Below, one piece after another: positions 22,716 to 34,543 of a DNA stretch of 64,000 nt; the first letter of the stretch is position 1, and the number at the start of each line of letters is the position of its first letter. The stretch covers positions 482,360,001-482,424,000 of the forward strand of contig NC_091285.1 in NCBI RefSeq assembly GCF_032444005.1, given 5' to 3'. A program made the position numbers and the translations under genes. Origin of the DNA: Ranitomeya imitator. Its lineage: Eukaryota. Under the pieces are notes generated by a model that saw only the letters and a program-made list of their open reading frames with translations, was not told the origin of the DNA and did no database searches.

Positions 22716-23330
22716 AATTTAATTCGGCACACCCATCCTGGTAAAATTTTTATGTTTTTATTAGTTCATGCTAATCATAGGATGTCAGGGGAAAAAATGT
22801 GAACACAGGTGATTTTACTCACTGTGCATTTTTTTGCTTTAAAAAAGTGCCTTATCCCAAATGTGGTGGCAACTGGCAAAAAAAAACTTGATCTTAGGGA
22901 GGCATACTGGATTCTATGTTTAAACACCAAATTTCCTAATGGGATGAATTGCAGAAATGATTTGTATTACATTACTTAACCTTCAATGCTTATTTTGCTG
23001 TCGTCATTAGTCTGCTCCACCTGCGTGCATCTTCAAGGTGATTCTTGTTTGGTGATTGGTTATTTTCTCTTTAAATGTTTGTTGACATTTTTTTCCCTGA
23101 CATGCTATGACTAACGGGGCGACTTTACGCCAGAAACGCGTCAGGCTTCTTTTAATTTATTTTAGCATGAACGAATAAACTTTTTACCAGTATGGGTGTG
23201 CCGAATTAAATCCTTCATTCCTTCACTGTGGCTGCACTCACCAGCTGGATCAGCACCCTCAGGTGTGATTCTCATTACCTCTGAAGATTTCTACATGCTA
23301 CGTTGCATCTCCCATTCCTCCCTCCTCTCG
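22716..23330 (+). mobile_element. Old Penelope-like 3' end (pLTR) with a short inverted arm and a decayed hammerhead
   Basis: Inverted copies of TTTACCAG.ATGGGTGTGCCGAATTAAAT near 22716-22770 and 23162-23211; GGCG acttta CGCC-AGAAACGCGTC motif near 23115-23142. Confidence 0.5.
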
Positions 23331-23349
23331 GCTCGAACATATTACTTCA

Positions 23350-24831
23350 AGGGAACCTGTCACCCCCCTGGCAGATTTAAGTAAAAGAGCACATTTCAAA
23401 AACCTGACCGGCACATCCAACATAGACTAAGTGTGAACAGGTGCTGAACCTAGAGTCGCCAACTCGTATATAGCTAAGTAAATAAGGCAGCACACTGCAG
23501 CGCTAGAACATGCAAACTTGAAACACGAAATTTGAACTGCATTACTGCACTAGAAATATGAAAAATGAGAGCGTTTAGCGCATAAAAATGGCCAATTTTA
23601 TGTGTACCTGGTAGCCCCTTTACGGCATCTCTCTTATACCAGGTCCTACACTTGCCTTACCTCGCTGAGAATAAGCGTCTCCATCTGAATGGGTACATGT
23701 GAAACCTCTTCCTAGACTAAAATTCTCTCTCTCTGTGGAGGGGTATTGGACCTGCTGTAATTAAAACACCTGTGGCTAGTAGCCTTCTGATCGTGCACTC
23801 CGCCTCCTAGCCACAGGTGTTTTAATTACAGCAGGTCCAATACCCCTCCACAGAGAGAGAGAATTTTAGTCTAGAAAGAGGTTTCACATGTACCCATTCA
23901 GATGGAGACGTTTATTCTCAGCGAGGTAAGGCAAGTGTAGGACCTGGTATAAGAGAGATGCCGTAAAGGGGCTACCAGGTACACATAAAATTGGCCATTT
24001 TTATGCGCTAAACGCTCTCATTTTTCATATTTCTAGTGCAGTAATGCAGTTCAAATTTCGTGTTTCAAGTTTGCATGTTCTAGCGCTGCAGTGTGCTGCC
24101 TTATTTACCTAGTTAAGTAAAAGAGCCACCTTGTGCAGCACTAATGCTGCATTCTGTGAAGGTAGCTCTTCTTTTTGAGCTCCCTTCTAACGATGCAATA
24201 TTAATTTTTATAATTTTCGTGCCATACCTTTAGTCTGTCCGGAGGGCATGTCTTTTCCCCTGGACACAACTCCCAGCCATCAGTCAGCCCCTCAGTGCAC
24301 TGGGCGCCGCCTCTGTTTTCAGTCATGTATCCGGCGCCTGCGCTGGATTTTCCTTTTTCAGGCATGTGCCATTTGCGCTGCCCTTCAACTCACATCACCT
24401 GATGTATTCATCTCGCGCCTGTGTGTAGCTGAGGCCCAAGATCCCACCCCGCAGTGTGTTCTGATTTATTCACACTGCGGGGCGGTATATCGGGCATCGG
24501 CTACACGCAGGCGCGAGATGAATACATCAGGTGATGTGAGTTGAAGGGCAGCGCAAACGGCACATGCCTGAAAAAGGAAAACCCAGCACAGGCCCCGGGT
24601 ACGTGACTGAAAACAGAGGAGGTGGTGCCAGGTGTAAGGAGGGGCTGACTAATGGCTGGGAGGCGGTTGTGTCCAGGGGAAAAGACTAAAGGTATGGCGC
24701 CAAAATTATAAAAATTAATATTGCAGCTTTAGAAGGGAGCACAAACAGAAGAGCCACCTTCACAGAATGCAGCCTTAGCTGCAAAGTGGCTTTTTTACTT
24801 AAAAACGCCAGGTGGGGGTGACAGGTTCCCT
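23350..24831. mobile_element. T2/Kolobok-type MITE interrupted by a fold-back insertion
   Basis: AGGGAACCTGTCACCCCC...GGGGGTGACAGGTTCCCT-TTAA termini; palindromic interior at 24113-24831. Confidence 0.85.
23391..24112 (-). mobile_element. Fold-back insertion (306-bp inverted arms, 27-bp spacer), probably a Penelope-like 3' end
   Basis: Arms 23474-23779 and 23807-24112; 14-bp TSD TTAAGTAAAAGAGC at 23377-23390 and 24113-24126. The family assignment is inferred from topology only. Confidence 0.75.
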
Positions 24832-26637
24832 TTAAGCAAGCCAGAGTCACTCGGTTAGCACCCGAGCATGCTCTGATAACATCTTATCCAAGCACGTTCG
24901 CTCATCATAACTGAATAACCAAGGTTTAATTCTAATATCTGCTAATTTGATGCATCTGTTCGTCTAAGCTAGGACTTTAGAATTTTTTTTATTTAAATGG
25001 TTTATATTGATTGGATATAATAATAGAATATTACAACTTAGGCAAAAGAAGGAAAGTATAGCTATCATTGACATTTTCATAGGTACCAAGTTCTTTCCTA
25101 ATGGAAGTAAATCCCAACTCTTCCAAACACCCTTCATCCCAATAACTTTTAGTAATATTGGTTAGTTGCTATTTATTACTGCTACATCTCTTACCACCTA
25201 CGAGAGTAATGATGCCTTTAGGCAGCACATGTTGGTTTATTGCCCTAGCATATCCATAGAAAAAATAGCATTAGTGGTCACATTTTTGTATGAATGTGCA
25301 ACTTATCTCTTACTTTATACAGCCGTTGATTGTATCTGCTTTGCTATATAAAGTATTCAATCCCATCTTGACTGCACAAACGTCCACCCTGTGAATATAC
25401 TAATATCACTATTATGTAATCTATTGTAACTTATAAAGGCAATTTACATTTTGCCATCATTATCAGTTGAAAACCTGGTCTAAATACATGCGTCTCATGC
25501 TCGGTGTCAGCTAAGCGTAATGCAGAAGATTAATGTCCTAGCAAACTCCCAAGGCTATTTTATCTATAGACTGACACAGTGTTATCTCTGCTAGGGCAGA
25601 ACCTGTGAAATGGTGTATTATCCTCATCAGCATTTAATTATTCATCAACTATGGCAAATTAAAACTTTGCATTCTTAATCCTTGGTTTGGCCAATGAGAA
25701 CACACAGTAATAATAAAGATTCCTGGACTGGACGGCTCGGCTCGATATCCTGCCGGTGACAAATTCATTTAGAGACGTTTCCAGATTTAGATCAGTAGGT
25801 TGTAAATAAATAATGTCTGTTAAAGTGGATTGATAAGAGTTAATAAAAGTACGGAGGATTTCCACCCAAATGGTATTTAAGTGTGGAATCAATCAGAATA
25901 AATATTGCATGTGATGCATTTTTCCACTATTTGTCTCAATGATGTTGTTGGCTGGATGTCAGATCTGAACTTGAGAATTGGAAACCAGAAATCTGGAAAC
26001 CCCTTATGGAAGTTTGGGAATATAAAAGCGGTATCCGGCGTGAATATCTGTTAGGGTACTATGAACTCAAATTTCTTTTTATTTATAAAAAGATGCTTTT
26101 TTATATCTTATGATCCAATAAGTCCAAATCTATATTTAATAATGGTACTTCCCGAATAACTGAAAACAACCACAAGATGGCGGTAAATAAACCGTCACCC
26201 CAAAGAAGCCGACCATAAATAAAAATTTTAATAAATTTTATTAAACACACAAAAAATGAAAAACAATACATATACATATGTTAAAAAAGCTACATACTTT
26301 TTTCCGGGTAATACCCCATGGGAACGCCAGAAGCAGACACTATGTAATCCTTAGACCAATAAAGTACATATCCAAAGATCCAAAACAAGCCCCCTCATGG
26401 AACACATGAAGCTGTATATACGGTGCTATCTGCATCCACTTAATGTTAAATGTGTCCACGGGAATACGGCCCTCTTATACACCACTCCATAATTAACATA
26501 CTCCCACCTCCTAAAGATCCCACCATATAGATAGCGACAAGCTAATGAAAACAATATGGGAAAGGTGGATAGCATGAATATCAGTATTACCTCCAGCAGG
26601 TCCAGGATACAGTGTGTCCACCCAGGCTTATTCCCAG

Positions 26638-26677
26638 CGCCCCAACGCGCGTTTCGCCCTTGCTTCTTCCGGGGGCG
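26638..26677 (-). ncRNA. Minimal hammerhead-like motif, non-canonical core
   Basis: Minus strand reads CGCCCC CGGAAGA A GC aagg GC GAAAC GCGC GTT GGGGCG; U4 is G and the cleavage triplet is GUU. Confidence 0.55.
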
Positions 26678-27964
26678 TGCCTATACCCAGGTAAGGTGAC
26701 GTTTAAATAGTAGCTAAGCACCTATCACAGATCGCCAGTACTGAAGAGTTTCTTTCGCCGGTTCCATAAATGACCTTACCGGCGCATGCGGAGATTCACC
26801 CCGCTCCGGATGTAATATCACTTGGACGCGTCCGCCCGGTGGACCGCAAGCCGGAACGCAAGCCGGTCTCACCAATGGCGCCGTCACCAAGTGTACGGCC
26901 AGGGGGACCCACGCATGCGCACTATCATCAGGAAGGACGGCACCACTTAGAAAGAATATCACCACAAGTATTTAAAGCCGGCTTACCACCGTTATTCAGA
27001 ACACACCACTGCAGAAGGACCGAAATAGAGGATCTATGTGACCAATCCAAGGATATAATGGTGAAATAAATGTATTAAACATATCTACACGGTATTTATT
27101 TACTGGATGTCCCAATAAATGCCTTACTTAGTAAATCTATCCATATAGTGTATATAATATCTGCCATACCAACCGTGCATATACTACCTACAGGGAACAT
27201 ATATCTATATAATGGGAACCTCTGCATAAACTACATTGGGGAATAAAGTGCATGATGGAAACATAGACTAAACCAAAGTAAAAAGATTAAAATGCATCTC
27301 ACATAGTTTTATGCAGTATATGCATTCTCATAAAACTATGTGAGATGCATTTTAATCTTTTTACTTTGGTTTAGTCTATGTTTCCATCATGCACTTTATT
27401 CCCCAATGTAGTTTATGCAGAGGTTCCCATTATATAGATATATGTTCCCTGTAGGTAGTATATGCACGGTTGGTATGGCAGATATTATATACACTATATG
27501 GATAGATTTACTAAGTAAGGCATTTATTGGGACATCCAGTAAATAAATACCGTGTAGATATGTTTAATACATTTATTTCACCATTATATCCTTGGATTGG
27601 TCACATAGATCCTCTATTTCGGTCCTTCTGCAGTGGTGTGTTCTGAATAACGGTGGTAAGCCGGCTTTAAATACTTGTGATGATATTCTTTCTAAGTGGT
27701 GCCGTCCTTCCTGATGATAGTGCGCATGCGTGGGTCCCCCTGGCCGCACACTTGGTGACGGCGCCATTGGTGAGACCGGCTTGCGTTCCGGCTTGCGGTC
27801 CACCGGGCGGACGCGTCCAAGTGATATTACATCCGGAGCGGGGTGAATCTGCGCATGCGCCGGTAAGGTCATTTATGGAACCGGCGAAAGAAACTCTTCA
27901 GTACTGGCGATCTGTGATAGGTGCTTAGCTACTATTTAAACGTCACCTTACCTGGGTATAGGCA

Positions 27965-28004
27965 CGCCCCCGGAAGAAGCAAGGGCGAAACGAGCGTTGG
28001 GGCG
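27965..28004 (+). ncRNA. Minimal hammerhead-like motif, mirror copy
   Basis: CGCCCC CGGAAGA A GC aagg GC GAAAC GAGC GTT GGGGCG; the helix III palindrome is broken by one substitution. Confidence 0.5.
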
Positions 28005-28684
28005 CTGGGAATAAGCCTGGGTGGACACACTGTATCCTGGACCTGCTGGAGGTAATACTGATATTTATGCTATCCACCTTTCCCATATTGTTTTCATTAG
28101 CTTGTCGCTATCTATATGGTGGGATCTTTAGGAGGTGGGAGTATGTTAATTATGGAGTGGTGTATAAGAGGGCCGTATTCCCGTGGACACATTTAACATT
28201 AAGTGGATGCAGATAGCACCGTATATACAGCTTCATGTGTTCCATGAGGGGGCTTGTTTTGGATCTTTGGATATGTATTTTATTGGTCTAAGGATTACAT
28301 AGTGTGTCTGCTTCTGGCGTTCCCATGGGGTATTACCCGGAAAAAAGTATGTAGCTTTTTTAACATATGTATATGTATTGTTTTTCATTTTTTGTGTGTT
28401 TAATAAAATTTATTAAAATTTTTATTTATGGTCGGCTTCTTTGGGGTGACGGTTTATTTACCGCCATCTTGTGGTTGTTTTTTTTTATATCTTAGGCAAG
28501 AAATCAAAAATATATTCTGTTCAGTATACATTTATGATTGTAGATAATAGATTTATGACACTGTACAATACTATATGTGGAAGGCATACATCAAAAATAT
28601 CCCTATAGAATGAACATACACTGTACAGAGCCTTACAAAGAATCTTCATCCAAGATAGTAATCAACATAAAAACAACACTTAAA

Positions 28685-29100
28685 AGGGTATCTATCACCA
28701 GGTTTTTGATACCTAATCTGAGAGCAGCCTAATATAGGGGAAGAGCCTCTGATTCCGGCTATGTGGATAAAATCACAGGTTTATCAGCAAGAGATTACCA
28801 TTAGAGGTATAGTAAATCTGCTGCCATGTAGTCATCCATATTCATGAAATCTGTATAACCCCGCCCCATCACTGATTGTCAGCTTTCTGCCTATGCACAG
28901 TGTTCACACAAAGCTATCAATCAGTGATGTGGGCAGGGTTATGCAGCCTTCAGAAAACTGCTAGATCTGCAGTAGATAAGACAGTGATTGAATCAAAACT
29001 GCAACAAGGAGCCCGATGACACCAGGCTGGAATCAGGTTCTCTGCCCCTACATCATGCTGGTCTCAGATAGAGTAGCAACAACCTTGTGACAGATTCCCT
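28685..29100. mobile_element. Kolobok-type MITE
   Basis: AGGGTATCTATCACCAGG...CCTTGTGACAGATTCCCT-TTAA; same family as 5728-6856. Confidence 0.7.
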
Positions 29101-29532
29101 TTAAAAGCCTTGGGGGATCACTTTATTATGGTGAACTATAAAGTCCTGACCCTCCCAAAAGTTATTAAAATCAGAGGCTTGCTTTCAAAAGTCCCATGTG
29201 GCCATTCAGATCTATGAAATCTATTTTCAGTCACACAAGCTTCTGCAAAAAAACAAACAGTAATGTGTATATACCCTAACAGTATACCCTAACCAGCCTA
29301 ACAGTATCTGCACACCCAGAGTAACAACTAAGCTATAAAACCGTCCTACAGGTCTGAAAAGAAAAAAAAAAATCCATATGTGTTACATGTGGATTTTGCT
29401 GTCAAATTTAGCTGTAGATTTCTTCGTTTTCCGCAAGATATTTGGTGGATTTTTTTTTATTTGAAAATCAGCCGCGCACCTACAATCTGCAGTGGATTTT
29501 TTACAATATAAGTGAATGTGGTTTGTTAATGG

Positions 29533-30757
29533 TGCAGCGCCCCAGAGATCTGGTCGTTGCAGTATGACACTCTGCCACTAAGGGGAGTGATGGTACGTCT
29601 GATGGCACTGAAGGAATTCTACTGACCAGGTATCACCAGAACACATTACACTTCACACTCCGGCCACTAGGGGGAGAAAAAGGCTTTATTTATTGGGCCA
29701 CTCCTCACACTGGTAAAATTAGGGGTTGGATAGGAAGTTAGTCAGAAGCTGACTGGGTTGGATTCAGGCAACATCCTGTGGCAGGGGGTGTTGCAGGGAG
29801 AAGACACAGGGGGGTCCCTGTCAGGCGTGGGAACCTGCCTAGCGAACAGAGCAGAACGTAATGGAACCGCGCCTGCACACCCCGCGGCGGTATCCTAAGA
29901 GAAACGAGATCAAGCACAAAGGAGAACCAGTAGGAGTCGTGCCGTGAGACCGAGGCAACATCCTACTGAGGCGCGTAGCCGGTGGCCGGAACACCGCGGG
30001 AGTAACTGACTCTAGGCCTTACTTTGAACTCAGCAGGACAGTTAATTATAGGTTGGCTGTCTACCTTAAATTTCCTACGAAGACATAGGGGGGCAACGCG
30101 TGGAGAGGGGTGTCTCTAGGGTCCTGGAAGAGCTCCGAGCCTTCCCGTCATACGGGTGCGTCCTAGCCATAACATACTGGGGGATGAGAAACTAGTAACA
30201 TCTGGAACAAGCGAGAGAGAATTAGAAAGAACGAACGAACGAGAACAGCAGTTGTGAGGACTATTCCGAATGCTCAGCAGGGTAGCACTACAACACACAG
30301 GTGCTACTGGTAGGCACTGATTTTCACCTGCAAAGGGAACTCTGGAAGTGCCCATCGGACCGGCCAGTCTCAGATAGCCCTGTTAAGCGTGCTCTGGATT
30401 GAGGATCCTGAAGTCTTCAGTAAAGAGGTAAAGAGACTGCAATCTTGTGTCCTCGTTATTGACTGCACCTCACACCATCACCATCCACCTTACTGGGAAG
30501 CTCTGGGGACATACTTCACCTGTGGGAAGGTATACCATCCAGCTGCCATTCCATCACCCCAGTGGACCCCACAGCAGCGTCGGTCACCCTGACCGAACAC
30601 CACAGCTGGCGTCACGAATCCCCGATAGACTGTACCACCTTTATTGGACGCCCCTTAGCAGGGTCGCGGACCGGGTCTAGCCACCGTGACAGCCTCAGAA
30701 CTGAACCAGAGAGGCCCGGTACCGAGAACTCGTGGCCCTGTGTCTGGGGGTGCTCCA
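29533..30757. mobile_element. Solo LTR, Gypsy-like (1225 bp)
   Basis: TGCAGCGCCCC...GGGGGTGCTCCA termini; 4-bp TSD ATGG at 29529-29532 and 30758-30761. Confidence 0.85.
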
Positions 30758-30794
30758 ATGGCAACTCTGCCACATGTACATAATGTGTTATTAA

Positions 30795-31445
30795 TGTCAC
30801 AACCCAACAGGGGTCAGGCCAGTGGATGACACAACACACACACAACGGGATGAAAAAATTGAGAGGAAGGCCCTAACAATAAGGATCGAGGGATGGGGCA
30901 ACTGTGCCTATCCCTAACAACCTGTGCCTATCCCTAAGCTCCCCTAATGCCCTATGCGGGTCCTTCCCCCTGCCGCCATCACATGCCTAGTCCCTAGCTG
31001 TTACCTCACTATACCCTGGCTAGTGCAATAGCTGGCAAGGATGCTAGACTCACCATTGCAGATGGTATCAACACAGGGGGTAGTGACAAGCACGAGACAG
31101 ACAAGGAAAGGAACAATAAAAACTTAGCTCAAGCTTCTGCTGCAAGCTTCACACAGCTTAGTATACGGAATCAGGACCTCAAGCAGCTGAAACACTGCTG
31201 GGACCAGAGAGCTCCCAACTCCTAGGCTTGTCTTCAGAGACAAACTCTATTACCAACAGTCAACTGATGCGTCATGTGACTATTTAAAGAATGGTGGGAG
31301 TGGTCACCATCCACATCAGCTGACCAGCAACACAGCAGTTGCCAACAAGGAAACTGACATTAACCCTTGCTGGCGCAAAAGTAAAAACCACGTTTAAATT
31401 AAAGCAGAACCAGAGCTGTCACGACTCCAAAAATGACTCGTGACA
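30795..31445. mobile_element. Probable solo LTR
   Basis: TGTCAC...GTGACA termini; flanks ATTAA / ATTCA differ by one base. Confidence 0.55.
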
Positions 31446-31824
31446 ATTCAACCTTGAAGGAAAGCTTTCAGGGGAAACTGATGTCAAATAGAGATGAGTG
31501 AATCAATTAGATGCAAATCTATTTTGTGATGAATTTCGTGAAATTTGAAAATCTTGGGTACCTTGAACAATTTGCAATTTGCTCAACTTGCCAATCTCCA
31601 GAAAGAAAATAATTGATTCAATTGAATAATAATTGTGGTTGAAAATTTTTGGAAAACATTAATTATACTTGTGTATAAAATGTATGGTAAAAAAAAAAGT
31701 TGCCTTTCGTCCATACCTTCCATCCCTTCATGCCAAAAATTGAAGCTGTCATTAAGAAACACTGGCCATTGCTAGCTAGAGCATACCCTAACATTGACAG
31801 CTTCTCCCGTCCCGTCCAGCTCTC

Positions 31825-32364
31825 ATGTGTAACAGGCGGGCGCCCAATGTCAAAAACCGGTTGGTCCGGGCTGACATTGGAAGCCCACGTCCCACTACTA
31901 ATCAAAGCGTACTCTCAACACGCCGCCACGGAACGTTTCCCTGCCTTAACTGTGCCTCCTGTTCAAATATTATCAAGTCTGACAGTGTCACTCACCCCAG
32001 AACGGGGAAATCCTACCCCATACAGGGCTACTACACATGTGATTCTAACTTCGTGATTTATGTAATAAAATGTCCCTGTGGCCTCCTCTACATGGGGGAA
32101 ACGACACAACATGTCAAGGACTGGATAGCGAGCCACAAATCAACCATCTGCTGTGGGAAAACGTGGCTACCCATCCCGGAGCACTTTATCAAATCCAGAC
32201 ACATGGTAGCACAATTAAAATATCAGATAATTGAACAGGTATCCAGACCCAGGAGGGGCGGGGATCACATTAAACAACTTACACTAAGGGAAACATTCTG
32301 GATCCATAAACTGGAGACGTTAATCCCCAAAGGTCTTAATACAGAAATAGATTGGCTATTGTAA
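31825..32364 (+). pseudogene. GIY-YIG endonuclease domain of Penelope-like ORF
   Basis: TCDSNFVIYVIKCPCGLLYMGET, HKSTI, RETFWIHKLETLIPKGLN are typical PLE endonuclease motifs; the upstream frame is 31700-31830. Confidence 0.9.
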
Positions 32365-32892
32365 TACTCCACTAATCTTTTGTTTTCCTTCCTTTAATTA
32401 CCCCTTTCATTTCCAACGCACATTCCTTAGCTTCATAATATACCTATTTCCTTCTAACATATGTTCCTCCCACATACGTGTTCGCCTCTACCAACCTCCC
32501 GATAGTCCGGATCCTATTGTCCTTATTTATTTTCCTTTTTATATATGTCCACGTGTTTATGATCCTTTTCTTTCGAACATCCCCATCTCCACAACATTGG
32601 TACCGTACATCCATATATATATTGGTACCGTACATCCATATATATATATATATATATATATAGGTACCGTACATCCATATATATATTTAGATTTACACAG
32701 TATCCTACTCCTTCCAGACACCCCCATGTCCACAGCACTAGTACCGCATGCCTTCAGTGGTCCTCCCACTCTTCCAACACAACCAACCTCTTACGTTCCT
32801 ATGCCCATACATATGCAGCACCGCATAACCTTATTGCCCCTCCCCTTTACATGTGACCGCTCTTTGCACACACCCATCTTCTGGCATACCTA

Positions 32893-34543
32893 CAGTTAGG
32901 GCCAGAAATATTTGGACAGTGACACAATTTTCGCGAGTTGGGCTCTGCATGCCACCACTTTGGATTTGAAATGAAACCTCTACAACAGAATTCAAGTGCA
33001 GATTGTAACGTTTAATTTGAAGGGTTGAACAAAAATATCTGATAGAAAATGTAGGAATTGTACACATTTCTTTACAAACACTCCACATTTTAGGAGGTCA
33101 AAAGTAATTGGACAAATAAACATAACCCAAACAAAATATTTTTATTTTCAATATTTTGTTGCAAATCCTTTGGAGGCAATCACTGCCTTAAGTCTGGAAC
33201 CCATGGACATCACCAAACGCTGGGTTTCCTCCTTCTTAATGCTTTGCCAGGCCTTTACAGCCGCAGCCTTCAGGTCTTGCTTGTTTGTGGGTCTTTCCGT
33301 CTTAAGTTTGGATTTGAGCAAGTGAAATGCATGCTCAATTGGGTTTAGATCTGGAGATTGACTTGGCCATTGCAGAATGTTCCACTTTTTGGCACTCATG
33401 AACTCCTGGGTAGCTTTGGATGTATGCTTGGGGTCATTGTCCATCTGTACTATGAAGTGCCGTCCAATCAACTTTGCAGCATTTGGCTGAATCTGGGCTG
33501 AAAGTATATCCTGGTACACTTCAGAATTCATCCGGCTACTCTTGTCTGCTCTTATGTCATCAATAAACACAAGTGACCCAGTGCCATTGAAAGCCATGCA
33601 TGCCCATGCCATCACGTTGCCTCCACCATGTTTTACAGAGGATGTGGTGTGCCTTGGATCATGTGCCGTTCCCTTTCTTCTCCAAACTTTTTTCTTCCCA
33701 TCATTCTGGTACAGGTTGATCTTTGTCTCATCTGTCCATAGAATACTTTTCCAGAACTGAGCTGGCTTCTTGAGGTGTTTTTCTGCAAATTTAACTCTGG
33801 CCTGTCTATTTTTGTTATTGATGAATGGTTTGCATCTAGATTTGAACCCTTTGTATTTACTGTCATGGAGTCTTCTCTTTACTGTTGACTTAGAGACAGA
33901 TACACCTACTTCACTGAGAGTGTTCTGGACTTCAGTTGATGGTGTGAACGGGTCTTCTTCACCAAATTAAGTATGCGGCGATCATCCACCACTGTTGTCA
34001 TCCGTGGACGCCCAGGCCTTTTTGAGTTCCCAAGCTCACCAGTCAATTCCTTTTTTCTCAGAATGTACCCAACTGTTGATTTTGCTACTCCAAGCATGTC
34101 TGCTATCTCTCTGATGGATTTTTTCTTTTTTTTCAGCCTCAGGATGTTCTGCTTCACCTCAATTGAGAGTTCCTTTGACCGCATGTTGTCTGCTCACAGC
34201 AACAGCTTCCAAATGCAAAACCACACACCTGGAATCCACCCCTGACCTTTTAACTACTTCATTGATTACAGGTTAACGAGGGAGATGCCTTCAGAGTTAA
34301 TTGCAGCCCTTAGAGTCCATTGTCCAATTACTTTTGGTCCCTTGAAAAAGAGGATGCTATGCATTACAGAGCTATGATTCCTAAACCCTTTCTCCGATTT
34401 GGATGTGGAAACTATCATATTGCAGCTGGGAGTGTGCACTTTCAGCCCATATTATATATATAATTGTATTTCTGAACATGTTTTTGTAAACAGCTAAAAT
34501 AACAAAACTTGTGTCACTGTCCAAATATTTCTGGCCCTAACTG
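32893..34543 (-). mobile_element. Full-length Tc1 (DD34E) with a single frameshift
   Basis: TA TSD at 32891-32892 and 34544-34545; 35-bp perfect TIR CAGTTAGGGCCAGAAATATTTGGACAGTGACACAA; transposase 34184 to 33148 broken only near 33955. Confidence 0.95.

Larger units (their letters stand above)
21463..24910. mobile_element. hAT-type MITE (TAGTGATGAGC family) expanded by nested insertions
   Basis: TIR TAGTGATGAGCAAACGTGCT / AGCACGTTCGCTCATCA; 8-bp TSD CTGAATAG / CTGAATAA with one mismatch. Confidence 0.75.
26111..28480. mobile_element. Giant fold-back Penelope-like 3' end: about 1.15-kb inverted arms, 15-bp spacer
   Basis: Arms about 26163-27313 and 27329-28481, nearly identical; direct repeat TTTTTTATATCTTA at 26097-26110 and 28481-28494; a hammerhead-like motif in each arm. 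Confidence 0.85.

Noticed and set aside
26714-27928. Mirror-image 83/99 aa ORF pairs
   Set aside because: They arise from the palindrome; no domain similarity was recognised.
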